A stretch of DNA of 32,431 bases from a virus (lineage: Duplodnaviria > Caudoviricetes): the IMG/VR virus record IMGVR_UViG_3300032164_000928, positions 1 through 32,431 of that record, one strand, 5' to 3'. Under the pieces are notes generated by a model. The model made no database searches, was not told the DNA's origin, and worked only from the letters and a program-made list of their open reading frames with translations. Shown here in pieces: positions 1 through 8,010 of this stretch (its first letter is position 1; each line of letters begins with the position of its first letter). The translations under genes were made by a program, and so were the position numbers.

Positions 1-1678
1 CTGACACTCTCGTAAATACCCAATCACCTGTTTGAAATGGGTGTGCCGATGACGTGGTAACTCTGCATTTACCACTACCATTGTTCGCCACAGCAGTGAT
101 AGTAGTATAGTCACAAGGAGCCACAAACCCACCTGTTGCGTCCGCTGTGTATGAAACAGACGTGTCTACATAAGTGTTAGTAATTGCTGTTATTGTATGT
201 ACTACATTGTACCCAGATACCGACGTTGCAGAAACACAAAGTGTGCTGCCAACACGCAAGTTACTGTTGACCAACGGTTGCGCAAAGTAAATCCTGCACG
301 TACCGCCATTATTAGCAATAGACACTACCTGCCTACTAGATGCAAGAAATACATACCCTACTGATGTTGCACCCCAAGTTGCGCCTGTATCGAACGAAGT
401 ACCTGTAGGAACATTAGTTACTCTCCAAATGCTACTGTTACCAGTGGTTAGCACGATACCTACAATTTGCCCTACTACTAGATTGTGGTTGTCAGTTGTA
501 GTGAACCTACAAGTTCCACCATTGTTTGCAATGCTAGTGATCCTAACAGCTCCAAGAATCTTCCTTAGCGTTCCAACAAAAATCCCTGTTGCTGCCAACT
601 GGTAGCCAGCAGACGTAGTCACAGTCGTAGTAGCCGATGCTGTAACACGCATTGCACAACACCCCGCAACCTCAACAGGAACTGTTAGCGCCCCCGTAGT
701 TGCTACACCAGGAACGAACTGCACCACATCTCCGACCACGAGCCCGTGCCCTGTGGGCACTGTAAACTGCTGGAATCCACCAGAATTAGCTCCGTCCGTA
801 ACCAAAATCGTGTCTGCTGGAACCTTAGTGCTCCAACCACCTGTGCCCCCAGAAGGGTGGGCAGCTCCAGCGTTTACAAATCCAGGATCGACATACGGGT
901 CGAAATCATGCACCACTACAGTGCCTGTATTCTCCACGTTTCGACCGCAACCACCTCCGCCCCCAGCTCCCACAGCAGGACTCACAATAGCTACCCCAGC
1001 TCCCGCTGTCCCAGCCGTTGGATTCGTAACAGACTGCTTGATCGTAGCATTCGAGGCCTGCCCAATTGAATCTGGTACAGGTATAAATCCATCAGAACTC
1101 GTAGCACCTACTGCTGTCCCCGCCGTACTAGTCCCTGTGTTGATCCCAGCACCACCTGCTGCACCGCTTGCAGAATCTGAAGACGCAGTACCGCCAGCTC
1201 CATTTGTGCTCACTAGCCCTGCACCACCTCCACCACCACCTCTATTCGTCGCAGTTGGCGTAGATTGTACAGGATTTGCTAAATACCCAAAGCTACTACG
1301 TGCGCCTTGAGTCCCTGCAGTACCAGCAGCTCCTGCAGTACCTGCTGTTGTCGCTGTAGCTACAAACGCCCCGCCAGCACCAGCAGCTCCTCCGGTGCCA
1401 CCCGCTCCACAAACGATGTTATACGTGTTGCCAGGTGTTACGTTGAGGTTGCGGTACACCGTCCACTGTCCTGCAGCTCCATTATCTCCTCGTCCACCAC
1501 CAGCACCTGCTCCTCCTGAATAAAGCGTAGTAGCGTATCCAGTGCCACCTCCACCGCCACCAGATCCACCTTGGCCACCATTGCCGCCGCCGCACAGGTA
1601 AACGTTCGCCCGAGTTACCCCAGAAGGACAAACCCAGGTGTCACTTGCACTGATTTTCTTTGACCGATTGAAACCCAT
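1..1678 (-). CDS. Glycine-rich tail fibre-like protein with C-terminal beta-rich repeats (3' end outside window)
   Basis: Not in the ORF track. ATG at 1678 with AGGAGG 5 nt upstream; I read the frame to base 2 with no stop (559 codons). Starts MGFNRSKKISASDTWVCPSGVTRANVYLCGGGNGG...VTPGNTYNIVCGAGG, typical of phage Gly-rich fibre domains. Confidence 0.88.
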   Translation of the reverse strand, partial: MGFNRSKKISASDTWVCPSGVTRANVYLCGGGNGGQGGSGGGGGGTGYATTLYSGGAGAGGGRGDNGAAGQWTVYRNLNVTPGNTYNIVCGAGGTGGAAGAGGAFVATATTAGTAGAAGTAGTQGARSSFGYLANPVQSTPTATNRGGGGGGAGLVSTNGAGGTASSDSASGAAGGAGINTGTSTAGTAVGATSSDGFIPVPDSIGQASNATIKQSVTNPTAGTAGAGVAIVSPAVGAGGGGGCGRNVENTGTVVVHDFDPYVDPGFVNAGAAHPSGGTGGWSTKVPADTILVTDGANSGGFQQFTVPTGHGLVVGDVVQFVPGVATTGALTVPVEVAGCCAMRVTASATTTVTTSAGYQLAATGIFVGTLRKILGAVRITSIANNGGTCRFTTTDNHNLVVGQIVGIVLTTGNSSIWRVTNVPTGTSFDTGATWGATSVGYVFLASSRQVVSIANNGGTCRIYFAQPLVNSNLRVGSTLCVSATSVSGYNVVHTITAITNTYVDTSVSYTADATGGFVAPCDYTTITAVANNGSGKCRVTTSSAHPFQTGDWVFTRVS

Positions 1679-1687
1679 TTCGTCCTC

Positions 1688-4600
1688 CTAGCTATTAACT
1701 CCTGAAACAATCCAAGTATTTTTCGGCGCATCGAAACGAACCCAGTCGGTTCTATACGTATTTATAGGCGTATACACAGGCGTGTACTGTGTCGGCCCAG
1801 GATCGTAGACTGACAATCCTTCTGGAGTCATTCCGCCCACAATCGGCTCTGTCATCGGCTCGATAGGATCGGGCCACATCATTGCCAACCTGTACATCTT
1901 CTCGTAGTACGTAGCAGGTCGCAATGCGGCCGCCGCTCTAGCGTCGCAGAAATGCCCGATAAACGAGTAGCCCGAACCACCCGCACCGTTCGCATTGATA
2001 TGCCACTTCTTGCCAGCTCCCCATTGGATGTTCCCCGTAGCAGCTACCTTTGAAATGTACGCACCATCGAGATACAATCGCAGGAACTGCCCGTCATAAT
2101 TCAGCGAAGCCAGATGCCATACCCCAACCAACGACTGCAGATCTTCAGCTATCGTTGTGATCGAAAACGATCCGTGGTTGGTGATCATGGTAGCGCTTAG
2201 GCCGGCATTTGTAAGCTCTAGCCCAAACACTGTCCCGCCCGCATTATCCCCATACCCTAGCAAGTTGACCCGCTCGGCAGCAATCGCTTTGCGAAGTCGG
2301 AACCAGATCGAAAGACTACCCAACTTGTAGTCAAGTACTAGATCGGTTCCACCACGAAGCCCGGTACATGTTGTAGCGCCAACACGAGGACATCGGGTGA
2401 AGAATCCCTGCTCCCCCAACGTCATCCCAGCAATTACCGGAAACTCGATCCTAGTACGTTGTGTTGCAGGATTTGCGTACCCAATTACGTTCGTTGCGCC
2501 GATCTGATTGTCGCCCATCACACCAAGCACATCAAACTCGTCGTACGGCGTGATCCTAGTGCTCGTACTCGTACTCGGGTTTGATGATTCCCATTGCATC
2601 CTATCCGCTGAATAGATCAACTGAGCCCCGTCAGCTGGAGTCTCGTCGGCTTGGACAACAGGAAATCCCGCAATGAGCACATCGAACAAGAACGGACGCC
2701 AGGTATTATCCTCAGTGCGCCCTTCCAATCGCTTCAAACCTGGGTTGTATCGGTACCCTGGTCGGTACGTCCCATCTGTCTTTCGAGCAAGAATCTGGTA
2801 AGCATCATCAAGTTCAGCATCTAACGGACCAAACGTGACAGAACCGGAATCTCCTGTGACATGCCCACCTGGTTCTAGCCACAGATCCTTCCCACCTCCC
2901 GAACCCGTCCGATCCCCTGCTTTCAGATGCAGCACGCATCCTGTTGAAGACTCAGCAATCTGCACATGCCGGATGCCATCTATCATCGACCCAGCTGGAA
3001 GCGTTAGACTAGTAACCGCTGCCCAAGCCGTGCCGTTGTGCTCAAGATGCTGGTAGATTGTCCCAGACGGAAGTAATCCGCTCGCAATGGGAAACCATTC
3101 AAACGTCTTAGTTTGCAATTCCCAGCCATCAGATCCTTCATCGTAACGCACCCCAGGCGCGTAATCATTCGACCCGCTGGTCAAGTACGCAGGATCTGGG
3201 TAGAGCGCAAATTCCTCGCCATTCTTGGCCCCAAACAAGACCCGACCTTGTCCGCCAACGCTGTAGCCCGGACGTAGGCGCACGTCGCCGGCGAGTTTGC
3301 CTGCCTGGCTCGTGTTGCCTGTTTCTAAGGTGTAATGCGCGGTACCGTAGGTCGCCGAGTTCGCCGTCCCCATCGACAGCTCTTCTCCGTCTATTGCTGG
3401 AGCTGCCGTTCGAATATACCGGTAGACGGCCGACGCCATGATCCAATCGCTGGTCGGGCTCCAACCTGACCCGTTGTTGCGAAGAATCTGCCCAAGAGTT
3501 CCTGTAGGTAAGCCTGAACCAATTGCGAACCATTCCAACGATTTGGTCTGTAGTTCCCAGCCATCAGATCCTTCATCGTACCGAACCCCAGGCGCGAAAT
3601 CATTCGACCCACTGGTCAAGTACGCAGGATCGGGATACAGCGCGAACTCTGTGAATGCCCCATCCTTGTACCCGAATCGGGTCTGCCCCTGCCCTGCCGG
3701 ACCCTTACCTGGATGCAAGTACGCATGACCGCCGCGCTTTCCTCCACCTGTCGAATTGCCACCGCGCAGCTCCGCATCAACTCCGGTATAGACTCCAGTG
3801 TCGGCGCCTGTCAGAGTTGCTCGTTGGTTATCCGCTGTCGGAGTGGCGATCCCTACGGTACGAACGCCAGCAGGAAGAGCTAGATTGTCTCGCCAATCGT
3901 AGGCTGTTCCTGTTGATTGCAGGACCTGGTTGATAGCCCCTATCGGAACTGAGGAGGTTGCAAATGGATGCCACTGAAGCTCAGTCTCACCGTTAGCCTT
4001 CCACCACCACTGCCCGCCACTGTAACTCAACCCTGCTGGATTGCTTATGCTCACGTCTGCGTAGAATGACCACCGCGACTGATCCTCGTAATTGCCTCCG
4101 AAGCGACACTTCCCGTTTGCACTAGGTGAAGCTCCTCCACCAGGCGACCAATACGCATTCCCACCAGCACCCGAATCGCTACTTCCTCCAAAGATGCCGG
4201 CATAGCCTCCAGCCTTGCCAGTGCCCGTTGTGCTACCACCGCGAATAGCTGTGTTACGTCCAGCATAAACCGTTGAACTGTCAGGTTTGACTTCGAGCGT
4301 ATCCGAATCCGAATCTGGTGCGACCCCCACAAAGTCTCGTGTGACTATCCAACGACCAGGTGGTGGTGACTGCTGCCACGTCAAGAATTGTCGGTTCTCA
4401 GTTCCAGCCGGCAATATGAGACCGTCAATGTATAGCAGAATCTCGTTGACCCATCGCATCCACCCGCGAAGCTGCCCGGTGAAATTCATCTCGTTGGCTT
4501 CGGCGAGGAACGATGGGATAATCCAGCTATGCACGCGTGTGGGCACGGCAAAGTTCCGCACGTCGATGTTTTCACCCGTCGGCCCCCTCACCGTCAGTTT

Positions 4601-4849
4601 GACCCTGTAACACCCAACAATCCCGATCTCTGGCGTGAACGTTACAGAAGGAGCTGTACCTTCGGACAGAATGCCAGGTGAAATCGTCGAACCCAACGGA
4701 ACATCAAGAAGTTCGTACTTCCAGTACGTAACTCCCGTGTCGTCTGCGTTGGTAATGGTTACAAGAACGCCATCAACCCCGATATAGGATTGGGCAGGGA
4801 GGCCCGGAAGGCCTCCCTGAGAGAGGATCATCTGAGCGACAACAGACAT
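1688..4849 (-). CDS. Large fibre/receptor-binding protein: N-terminal PKD/Ig-like domain, four ~145-aa repeats, C-terminal LamG/concanavalin A-like domain
   Basis: W..ELLDVPLGS...FTPE..G.Y...LTV (PKD-like); SIWFR...WHLASLNYDGQFLRLYLDG...FIGHFCD (LamG-like); repeats begin LPAGT, VPIGA, LPTGT, LPSGT. Confidence 0.8.
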   Translation of the reverse strand: MSVVAQMILSQGGLPGLPAQSYIGVDGVLVTITNADDTGVTYWKYELLDVPLGSTISPGILSEGTAPSVTFTPEIGIVGCYRVKLTVRGPTGENIDVRNFAVPTRVHSWIIPSFLAEANEMNFTGQLRGWMRWVNEILLYIDGLILPAGTENRQFLTWQQSPPPGRWIVTRDFVGVAPDSDSDTLEVKPDSSTVYAGRNTAIRGGSTTGTGKAGGYAGIFGGSSDSGAGGNAYWSPGGGASPSANGKCRFGGNYEDQSRWSFYADVSISNPAGLSYSGGQWWWKANGETELQWHPFATSSVPIGAINQVLQSTGTAYDWRDNLALPAGVRTVGIATPTADNQRATLTGADTGVYTGVDAELRGGNSTGGGKRGGHAYLHPGKGPAGQGQTRFGYKDGAFTEFALYPDPAYLTSGSNDFAPGVRYDEGSDGWELQTKSLEWFAIGSGLPTGTLGQILRNNGSGWSPTSDWIMASAVYRYIRTAAPAIDGEELSMGTANSATYGTAHYTLETGNTSQAGKLAGDVRLRPGYSVGGQGRVLFGAKNGEEFALYPDPAYLTSGSNDYAPGVRYDEGSDGWELQTKTFEWFPIASGLLPSGTIYQHLEHNGTAWAAVTSLTLPAGSMIDGIRHVQIAESSTGCVLHLKAGDRTGSGGGKDLWLEPGGHVTGDSGSVTFGPLDAELDDAYQILARKTDGTYRPGYRYNPGLKRLEGRTEDNTWRPFLFDVLIAGFPVVQADETPADGAQLIYSADRMQWESSNPSTSTSTRITPYDEFDVLGVMGDNQIGATNVIGYANPATQRTRIEFPVIAGMTLGEQGFFTRCPRVGATTCTGLRGGTDLVLDYKLGSLSIWFRLRKAIAAERVNLLGYGDNAGGTVFGLELTNAGLSATMITNHGSFSITTIAEDLQSLVGVWHLASLNYDGQFLRLYLDGAYISKVAATGNIQWGAGKKWHINANGAGGSGYSFIGHFCDARAAAALRPATYYEKMYRLAMMWPDPIEPMTEPIVGGMTPEGLSVYDPGPTQYTPVYTPINTYRTDWVRFDAPKNTWIVSGVNS
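3092..3649 (-). repeat. Direct repeat of 123 nt within the fibre gene (3527-3649 and 3092-3214, offset 435 nt)
   Basis: Both encode EFALYPDPAYLTSGSND(F/Y)APGVRYDEGSDGWELQTK..EWF; by hand 17 mismatches in 123 nt, 3 amino acid changes. Confidence 0.95.
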
Positions 4850-4883
4850 GGCGCCCCATCTCGGCTACAGCCGAATTCCTGAA

Positions 4884-5687
4884 TTACGCCAAGAACGCCG
4901 TATAGTACTCGACTACGACTTCGCCGTCGCCAGTTTCAGCACCGACGATGTCAACATGTAGCACTGCTCCACTTGAGATGGTAAGCATCGGATCGTTGAG
5001 GTAGATTCCTGCCGATTCTGGATCGTTCTCGGTGGCAGCTTGCACCGTCTGTGCATCCACAGTTACAGTGATGGTCGTATCAGCTGTATACGGCGATGTG
5101 ATATTCGTGTAGACGCGCATAATCTTTGCGCTAGTCGGGATCACCGTTGTGGAGTCCACGTCGATCGTTGACAATGTCAGCTTGATTGCCCGAATGATGC
5201 CAGAAAAGCTAGGTGTTCCATCACCTTTCAACGTCCATGTGAACGGCGCAGACCCAGTCTGTGCCGTGTACACGCCATTGGCGATCAGACTGACCGTTCC
5301 TGCTACGACTGCCGTGGACAACAAGATGCTAGTCTTGTAGACCGTACATTCACCAAGGGTTGAGGCATCATCAAAGTAGATCTTGCCAGCCGTAAAGCCC
5401 CCACCTGTCGTGTGACAGAAGCCGTACTTCCCTGTGTTGTCAGCCGGATCGGGGGCATCTGCGCCATCAAAACTAAACTCGATCAGGAAGGCGCGTTCCT
5501 TCAAATCGAGGTAAGTGGACGCGTCGTCAGCACCAGACGCTCGCAGCACTTCCATGTGAGCATACGCACCGTTGTTTGCAGTACGCGCTTGAATAGCTCC
5601 GCTAGAATTGCGAAGCTGGGGGCCTTGCGGCCCACCGATGTGAAAGTACGATTGAATTGTTCCGAGAATGCTGTGATAGAGACCCAT
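4884..5687 (-). CDS. Putative virion structural protein with C-terminal beta-sandwich (decoration/fibre-adaptor-like)
   Basis: 267-aa ORF with purine-rich RBS; C-terminal domain IP..AKI..V...ITSPY...ENDP..A..Y is shared with the neighbouring gene. Confidence 0.7.
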   Translation of the reverse strand: MGLYHSILGTIQSYFHIGGPQGPQLRNSSGAIQARTANNGAYAHMEVLRASGADDASTYLDLKERAFLIEFSFDGADAPDPADNTGKYGFCHTTGGGFTAGKIYFDDASTLGECTVYKTSILLSTAVVAGTVSLIANGVYTAQTGSAPFTWTLKGDGTPSFSGIIRAIKLTLSTIDVDSTTVIPTSAKIMRVYTNITSPYTADTTITVTVDAQTVQAATENDPESAGIYLNDPMLTISSGAVLHVDIVGAETGDGEVVVEYYTAFLA

Positions 5688-5702
5688 TGTTCCTGTTCCT
5701 TC

Positions 5703-6365
5703 CTACGAAAATAGCACCGTTACACGTGCCGAACCTGCCGACGGAGTTCCCGTCGGGAAGTACACCTTGATTGGCGTGTCAACAGGCCATGTCTTGTTGC
5801 ATGCCGTTCCGTACTTGTTTGCTTGTGTCGGATCGTTCTCAATGACGGCCATCAACTCTTGATGGTTTGCAGCCGTCCCTATGCTGATTTCTGTTGCACC
5901 GTCGAACGGTGTTAGAACTTCCACAAATACCGATTCTACTAAGACTCCCACGGGTATTGTGTCAATGTTCTTTACACCTACCGCAACATCCGCCCACGTA
6001 ATGTCGACAATTGCGTGCTCCATGCCACCAGGTGACATGTGAGTCTTGATCCAATCGACGACTTCCTGTACTGTCTCTGCCCCTGTTGGGGGGCCAACTT
6101 TGTCATCGTTGTACGTGACGGTGTCTGAGTTGTCGCATGCCGAGATCATTACGGCATCGCACATGTACGGTTCAGCACCTTGTTCGCGTAGAATTTCTGC
6201 TTTAGCTGCAGCAGAAAGAACCTCCGGTGTTGAGTCAACGAGAACGGCTCCGCAGCTCACCATCTGTTCGATGATAGTCGCCTCCAACACTGTGTCGAAC
6301 GACGTACCTGCGTAGTGTAACTGCGTCCCCAACCGCGTTGAGTTGATTAGGTACTTTCGCGGCAT
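5703..6365 (-). CDS. Putative virion structural protein with C-terminal beta-sandwich
   Basis: 220-aa ORF; IPVGVLVESVFVEVLTPFDGATEISIG...ENDP pattern resembles phage cement/decoration jelly-roll domains. Confidence 0.7.
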   Translation of the reverse strand: MPRKYLINSTRLGTQLHYAGTSFDTVLEATIIEQMVSCGAVLVDSTPEVLSAAAKAEILREQGAEPYMCDAVMISACDNSDTVTYNDDKVGPPTGAETVQEVVDWIKTHMSPGGMEHAIVDITWADVAVGVKNIDTIPVGVLVESVFVEVLTPFDGATEISIGTAANHQELMAVIENDPTQANKYGTACNKTWPVDTPIKVYFPTGTPSAGSARVTVLFS

Positions 6366-6371
6366 GACCTC

Positions 6372-6399
6372 ATCCTATCATTTGTGGTTGCGCAATCAA
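6372..6399 (-). promoter_or_regulatory. Candidate sigma70-type promoter with extended -10, possibly giving a leaderless mRNA
   Basis: Minus strand TTGATT-16 nt-TAGGAT, with TGn before the -10; ATG lies 6 nt after the -10. Confidence 0.45.
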
Positions 6400-6626
6400 T
6401 CACAGGAATGAACTGGCGTTTCGTTTGGTGCGACATTCGGGCATATCCTACCATTAGCGCGTACTACCCTCTGTCTGGTTTGCACTTCTGCAACAAAAAA
6501 GTCGATATAGTTTCGGCCAGACCGCCACCATCCCCACCACCTCCAAAGCTGCCACCACTTCAGCTCGCACACCTTCCAGATACGGCCGGATGCATCGCCA
6601 ACATAAGTCCCGTCAGATAGCCGCAT
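6396..6626 (-). CDS. Small Trp/Arg-rich hypothetical protein
   Basis: 76 aa, fills the gap in the operon, AAGGA upstream, overlaps the end of the previous gene; contains KWWQLWRWWGWWR. Confidence 0.6.
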   Translation of the reverse strand: MRLSDGTYVGDASGRIWKVCELKWWQLWRWWGWWRSGRNYIDFFVAEVQTRQRVVRANGRICPNVAPNETPVHSCD

Positions 6627-7089
6627 CGAAGACTTCCTTTGGTATCTGGTAGAACGGGTCTTCTGCTGCTCGCTGTATGGCTAATTCTTTCTGTTTGACC
6701 TTCTGCACGAGATGTTGTTGAAACGCCTCGAACAGGTTGCCTTGCTTGAATACCAGTTCCGAATCTAGCGACGGTACGCCTGCGATGGGCCGTGCCTTTG
6801 TATGCTTCAATCGGTCGCGTTCGCGTAACCATAACCACTTGAGGTACAACGCAATGTCGCTTGCGTTTCCGTAACATGCCTTGCGAGCAAGCCTCCCTGC
6901 TCGAAGCGATGCAATTGAAAACTCGGTCTCGAAGTAGTTTGACGGCCAACATCCATACGTTCGGTAATGACACCACCCGTGCAACGCTGCGAGATGTTTG
7001 CAGGTAGCGTCTTTCCAGTCACCCGTGCGCAGGAATCTATAAAGCTCAACAACAACCTGTCGCTGACTCCTACGCGAAATGACGTTCAC
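6613..7089 (-). CDS. Hypothetical basic, helical protein (~158 aa)
   Basis: In-frame GTG at 7089 forms a GTGA overlap with the amidase stop, more plausible than the 7194 start of the track. Confidence 0.65.
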   Translation of the reverse strand: MNVISRRSQRQVVVELYRFLRTGDWKDATCKHLAALHGWCHYRTYGCWPSNYFETEFSIASLRAGRLARKACYGNASDIALYLKWLWLRERDRLKHTKARPIAGVPSLDSELVFKQGNLFEAFQQHLVQKVKQKELAIQRAAEDPFYQIPKEVFDAAI

Positions 7090-7754
7090 GGCTTCGATGT
7101 CTTGAGCTTTGGAGGAGAAGATACTTCGGGCAACGAAAAGTCCTCTGGCACAAGAGCACGCACAGACAATGGGATACTTGTGAAGTCTACCCATCCTCGC
7201 AATGTTCGAGCGTCAACGAGAATGTGCCCTTCGCTTGTGCGCACGAGCTTGTGTGTCTTCAGCTTTCCACACGACCCGAGCTTGTAGTCCCATTGCCCAT
7301 AATCGCAGGTCACTGCCATCATGGTCGTCGCGTTCCAATCGATGACGATGCTTACGTGCTCTGGCATCGACACGTACAGCATGTTTCCCATGCTTGGCGA
7401 CCGAGAGTCGTTGTGCCGCGCCCACACGAAATGCTTCTTCGTGCCGTACACGAGCTTGGACAAATTCTGTCCGATCTCCCAACCAGACCCAACGACATCT
7501 CGGTTAACTATGCTTTCGTCTTTGCAGCCTAACGCCCACAAGATGAACTGTGGCAGGTCTCCACAAGAAGAGTACTTCGGCCAGACCTGACGCCCCTCAG
7601 TGACGAAGTCATAGATCGGATCCCCGAACGCGCACAGCTTACCTTTGACTGCATACTTGGCGAGGGCTTTGGCCGCCAACGAAACCATTGGTGTCGGAAG
7701 CTGCACCTCTTTCAGGTCTACGTACCCGCCATGCGGACCATCAATCCGTGCCAT
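7086..7754 (-). CDS. Putative endolysin, CHAP/NlpC-P60 papain-like cysteine amidase
   Basis: YSSCGDL (candidate catalytic Cys), PSMGNMLYV...EHVSIV (His), DYGQ; directly after a holin-like gene; ATG 7754 with AGGGGG RBS. Confidence 0.7.
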   Translation of the reverse strand: MARIDGPHGGYVDLKEVQLPTPMVSLAAKALAKYAVKGKLCAFGDPIYDFVTEGRQVWPKYSSCGDLPQFILWALGCKDESIVNRDVVGSGWEIGQNLSKLVYGTKKHFVWARHNDSRSPSMGNMLYVSMPEHVSIVIDWNATTMMAVTCDYGQWDYKLGSCGKLKTHKLVRTSEGHILVDARTLRGWVDFTSIPLSVRALVPEDFSLPEVSSPPKLKTSKP

Positions 7755-8010
7755 CGGTAGCCCCCTTCTTAGATTCAAGCTGTTTTCGTGATAGTAACGA
7801 ATTGGCTACGCTGTGGGGTACGGCTTGGAACGATGTCGCATCGACGACCGCTTGCGCTCCTATCCACACCATGACGACCCACTTCGAAAACTCCAAGGCT
7901 TCAGAACCTGAGACCTTGCCGAGTGCGGCCAACACGGTCACGCATGCAATCGAGACGAGCATGACAACGGCTTTACGGCTTGTGAGCATATCCCAAATAG
8001 ACGGATTCAT
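7741..8010 (-). CDS. Putative holin, two transmembrane segments
   Basis: SRK followed by a hydrophobic helix, GK turn, second helix ending IGAQAVVD, charged C-terminal tail. Confidence 0.75.
   Translation of the reverse strand: MNPSIWDMLTSRKAVVMLVSIACVTVLAALGKVSGSEALEFSKWVVMVWIGAQAVVDATSFQAVPHSVANSLLSRKQLESKKGATDGTD

Noticed and set aside
746-1519. Plus-strand Pro-rich and Ser-rich ORFs
   Set aside because: Antisense shadows of the Gly-rich minus-strand gene, which has a strong RBS and recognisable motifs.
3092-3649. DGR template/variable repeat pair
   Set aside because: Mismatches are not adenine-specific, are mostly synonymous, both copies are in-frame mid-gene, and no reverse transcriptase is in the window.
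4861-4874. Small hairpin TCGGC-TGTA-GCCGA as a terminator
   Set aside because: Only 5-6 bp and no U-tract on the coding strand; too weak to call.
6230-6365. Similarity between the 220-aa N-terminus and the C-terminal domain of 27275-27589
   Set aside because: Only a loose Y...G...D...G..L pattern; not supportable without profile alignment.
7090-7194. Long start of the 193-aa ORF
   Set aside because: Would overlap the amidase by over 100 nt; GTG 7089 gives a standard 4-nt overlap.
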